Source: Patescibacteria group bacterium
GTDB lineage: Bacteria > Patescibacteriota > Patescibacteriia > Patescibacteriales > UBA12465
Assembly (NCBI GenBank): GCA_041664445.1
Contig: JBAYKT010000007.1
Location: 4,360 to 68,359 of the forward strand
DNA length: 64,000 bases
Direction: 5' to 3'
The first letter of the stretch is position 1. Each line of letters opens with the position of its first letter. This document shows, in pieces, positions 62,817-64,000 of this stretch. The position numbers were made by a program, and so were the translations under genes. The notes under the pieces are model-generated. The model saw nothing but the letters and a program-made list of their open reading frames with translations, made no database searches and had not been told where the DNA came from.

Positions 62817-64000
62817 TTATTTAAACCATTTATCAACTTGGTCCAAACCGTCTTCGATTGCCTTCTTGATTTTTTTCTCTTCTCTTGTGAGCATGCGGCG
62901 ATGACGAATGTTATGGATTAAACCTAAATTATTTTCCAGAATATTTTTTACAAAGGATAATATTTTAGCATTATTTCGCTTAATGGTGGTGAGACCAATT
63001 TTAGATTTAACCGGAGGCTTAGAAAAAATTCGGCCCAGATAAAAAGCGGCGGAGATTAATATTAGAATAATCAATATCAATAAGCCAACTAATGGCAGGG
63101 TTTTGAAAGTTGAGGAGCCAATGGTAGTTATTAATCTCGGAGTCGCCTCAAGCTGTAAATGCTTGGAGGCAGCCACGCTATTACCCGCACCGATTTCCGA
63201 CCATATCTCATAATTACCAGCCTTTAAATTTGGTATTAGAGCAAAGAAATTTTTCTCATAATTTGACTTGGTTTTAAATACCACGAGTTCACCATTTTCA
63301 TTTTTAATATTAATAGTCACCTCGGTATCCGGCTCTTGCGTACTTCCTTGGATAATCAATTTATCATCAGCAGAAATTAAAGACGGTAAAGCGCCGAGTT
63401 GAGGAGCTATCAATTCCGGTTCCAGCTGTGGAACTACCGGTTCAAGCGGCGGCACCAGCATCCCAGTGGCATAAAAACTACCCAAAGCCTCGACACTATT
63501 TTTAGCCTTGTCATATGCAATTAATTTAATATTATTTTCACCAAGCGCATATAACTCTAGGCTGTATTTGCCATCGACAAACTCTCCCGCCGGAATATTT
63601 TTAATTAAACTGTCATTAAGGAATAATTCATAATGGTCGAGTCCGGAAGTCGCGTCTAAAATATCGGCTGTGATATTTAAGCGCTTACTATTTTCATCAT
63701 AGCTAAATTCAACTTTTTTCTTTTCCGGAGCCAAGGAATCAATCTTAACAACATAAGTAGCGATTGGCCCCCAAGTTTTATCTTTACGCGCTCTCGCTTT
63801 GAAATACCAAGTGCCGTCCTCTAAATTTTGAACTGCTTTTTTACTAATTGCTGGCGCATAAATAACGCTGGGGCTAAAAGAATTATTATTGTTAATTCCG
63901 GTTTGAACAGCGTTAATATCTTTTGGCAAATTCCATTGGAAAATCGGATTCTGATCTTTATACCACTCTTCACGATTTGGATGAGTCAAAGAAGTAATTT
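62817..64000 (-). CDS. Surface protein with Ig-like/beta-rich ectodomain and C-terminal TM anchor; N-terminus beyond window
   Basis: The frame stays open to position 64000; the track start at 63989 is a TTG. TM helix LPLVGLLILIILILISAAFYL lies near the C-terminus, followed by a basic cytoplasmic tail. Confidence 0.55.
   Translation of the reverse strand, partial: ITSLTHPNREEWYKDQNPIFQWNLPKDINAVQTGINNNNSFSPSVIYAPAISKKAVQNLEDGTWYFKARARKDKTWGPIATYVVKIDSLAPEKKKVEFSYDENSKRLNITADILDATSGLDHYELFLNDSLIKNIPAGEFVDGKYSLELYALGENNIKLIAYDKAKNSVEALGSFYATGMLVPPLEPVVPQLEPELIAPQLGALPSLISADDKLIIQGSTQEPDTEVTINIKNENGELVVFKTKSNYEKNFFALIPNLKAGNYEIWSEIGAGNSVAASKHLQLEATPRLITTIGSSTFKTLPLVGLLILIILILISAAFYLGRIFSKPPVKSKIGLTTIKRNNAKILSFVKNILENNLGLIHNIRHRRMLTREEKKIKKAIEDGLDQVDKWFK

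Noticed and set aside
1-64000. Alternative genetic code (UGA or UAG reassignment, as in some CPR lineages)
   Set aside because: Conserved genes (gyrB, clpB, eno, pgk, fmt, def, hsdR) are full length under the standard code and terminate where their homologues do. There are no in-frame stops that need read-through.

Overview
AT-rich bacterial chromosomal window. Compact genes, many small membrane or secreted orphans, a TrbC/VirB2-like pilin and reduced metabolism suggest a small-genome Patescibacteria/CPR-type organism; this is inference only, since there is no rRNA in the window. The standard genetic code fits, and most genes end in TAA. Core content: riboflavin-salvage fusion protein, ABC-F ATPase, rubrerythrin plus a hidden desulforedoxin, rpmG, mutM, tpiA, a GalE-like epimerase, gyrB, an iPGM-like/eno/pgk operon, cell-envelope proteins, two Hsp100/Clp ATPases (one canonical clpB behind a CIRCE operator, one membrane-anchored), def, fmt, and four tRNAs (Trp, Tyr, Thr, Glu). 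Accessory content: a ~15.1 kb integrative island (43468-58591) sits in tRNA-Glu(CTC) between perfect 46-bp direct repeats. It carries a tyrosine integrase, two excisionase-type HTH genes, a lone small-terminase-like gene, a RepA-like ATPase next to iteron-like repeats, and several orphan operons. It also carries a type I R-M operon (hsdR-hsdM-hsdS) that runs without a break into four uncharacterised genes: a 66-aa helical protein, a membrane-anchored PD-(D/E)xK-like protein, a 214-aa orphan and a HEPN Rx4H protein. I rank that four-gene cassette as the best candidate for an undescribed defence system. Other points worth follow-up: the three consecutive lower-glycolysis homologues carry non-canonical catalytic or substrate residues; there are two unusual gene fusions (EamA transporter + riboflavin kinase; WecA/MraY-type transferase + QueH); the ClpB has a ClpC-like IGF loop; and a GC-rich, multi-helix non-coding element lies just outside attR that I could not assign to any RNA family. 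All family calls rest on motifs read by eye; no database search was run.
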